A stretch of DNA of 32,000 bases, taken from positions 330,001 through 362,000 of the forward strand of contig NC_000962.3 of NCBI RefSeq assembly GCF_000195955.2. The letters run 5' to 3'. Positions 31,334 through 32,000 of this stretch are shown here, piece by piece. The stretch comes from Mycobacterium tuberculosis H37Rv. GTDB taxonomy: Bacteria > Actinomycetota > Actinomycetes > Mycobacteriales > Mycobacteriaceae. Made by a program: the position numbers and the translations under genes. The notes below the pieces were generated by a model. That model saw only the letters and a list, made by a program, of their open reading frames with translations. It ran no database searches and had not been told where the DNA came from. The stretch's first letter is position 1. Every line of letters starts with the position of its first letter.

Positions 31334-32000
31334 GTGTCCTTTGTGATCGCACAACCGGAGATGATCGCGGCGGCGGCCGGTGAGTTGGCCAGCATCAGAT
31401 CGGCGATCAACGCGGCCAATGCGGCGGCCGCGGCCCAGACCACCGGAGTCATGTCGGCGGCCGCCGACGAGGTGTCTACGGCGGTTGCCGCGCTGTTTTC
31501 CTCGCATGCCCAGGCCTATCAGGCCGCCAGCGCGCAAGCGGCCGCCTTTCACGCCCAGGTGGTGCGGACCCTGACCGTGGACGCGGGAGCGTATGCCAGC
31601 GCCGAGGCCGCCAACGCCGGGCCGAACATGCTGGCCGCGGTCAACGCCCCCGCCCAGGCGCTGTTGGGGCGCCCACTGATCGGCAACGGTGCCAACGGGG
31701 CGCCGGGCACCGGGCAGGCCGGCGGCGACGGTGGGCTGTTGTTCGGCAACGGCGGCAACGGCGGGTCCGGCGCACCCGGACAGGCCGGCGGGGCCGGCGG
31801 GGCGGCCGGGTTCTTCGGCAACGGTGGCAACGGCGGGGACGGCGGGGCCGGAGCGAACGGCGGCGCCGGCGGCACCGCCGGCTGGTTCTTCGGCTTCGGC
31901 GGCAACGGCGGGGCCGGCGGGATCGGTGTTGCCGGCATCAACGGCGGTCTCGGCGGCGCCGGCGGCGACGGCGGCAACGCCGGGTTCTTCGGCAACGGCG
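31334..32000 (+). CDS. PE_PGRS5: PE_PGRS family protein PE_PGRS5 (partial, runs off the window end)
   Basis: GTG start in a frame absent from the ORF track: (V)[62 protein letters not shown]... then [23 protein letters not shown] and PGRS repeats. Confidence 0.92.
   Translation, partial: MSFVIAQPEMIAAAAGELASIRSAINAANAAAAAQTTGVMSAAADEVSTAVAALFSSHAQAYQAASAQAAAFHAQVVRTLTVDAGAYASAEAANAGPNMLAAVNAPAQALLGRPLIGNGANGAPGTGQAGGDGGLLFGNGGNGGSGAPGQAGGAGGAAGFFGNGGNGGDGGAGANGGAGGTAGWFFGFGGNGGAGGIGVAGINGGLGGAGGDGGNAGFFGNG

Noticed and set aside
31156-31452. 99-aa N-terminal extension of the sulfatase ORF
   Set aside because: Runs into the divergent PE_PGRS5 5' end; the GTG at 31155 leads directly to the conserved domain.
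1-32000. tRNA, rRNA, IS elements or prophage features
   Set aside because: None seen: no transposase-like ORF, no tRNA-like cloverleaf recognised by eye, no integrase.

Overview
The window looks like a Mycobacterium tuberculosis complex chromosomal segment, recognised from protein content and gene order rather than a database search. Its core is a complete ESX-3 type VII secretion locus on the + strand: eccA3-eccB3-eccC3-PE5-PPE4-esxG-esxH-espG3-eccD3-mycP3-eccE3, about 12.1-26.9 kb. Upstream are a TetR regulator (partial), a VOC/glyoxalase-like protein, a second TetR regulator, an MpaB/DUF2236-like protein, a VapBC25-type toxin-antitoxin pair, two very similar PE_PGRS genes (PE_PGRS3 and PE_PGRS4), PPE3 and a SAM-dependent methyltransferase. 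Downstream are an alpha/beta hydrolase, a trans-aconitate methyltransferase-like gene, a Stf0-like sulfotransferase, a type I sulfatase and the start of PE_PGRS5. ESX-3 is already described, so I do not claim a new system. The observations most worth checking are: (1) an in-frame TAA at codon 24 of the vapB25 antitoxin beside an intact vapC25 toxin; (2) a +1 shift near the 3' end of PE_PGRS3 that replaces the Gly-rich tail seen in PE_PGRS4 with an Arg-rich tail; (3) an identical 15-bp Zur-like element upstream of both PPE3 and the ESX-3 operon, plus an IdeR-like palindrome before eccA3; (4) a 14-bp perfect palindrome just before the esxG ribosome-binding site; (5) His/Asp-rich tracts in PPE3 and EccB3; (6) duplication and tandem-repeat structure in the PE_PGRS genes; (7) a sulfotransferase/sulfatase gene pair; (8) a TetR-type inverted repeat in a divergent promoter.
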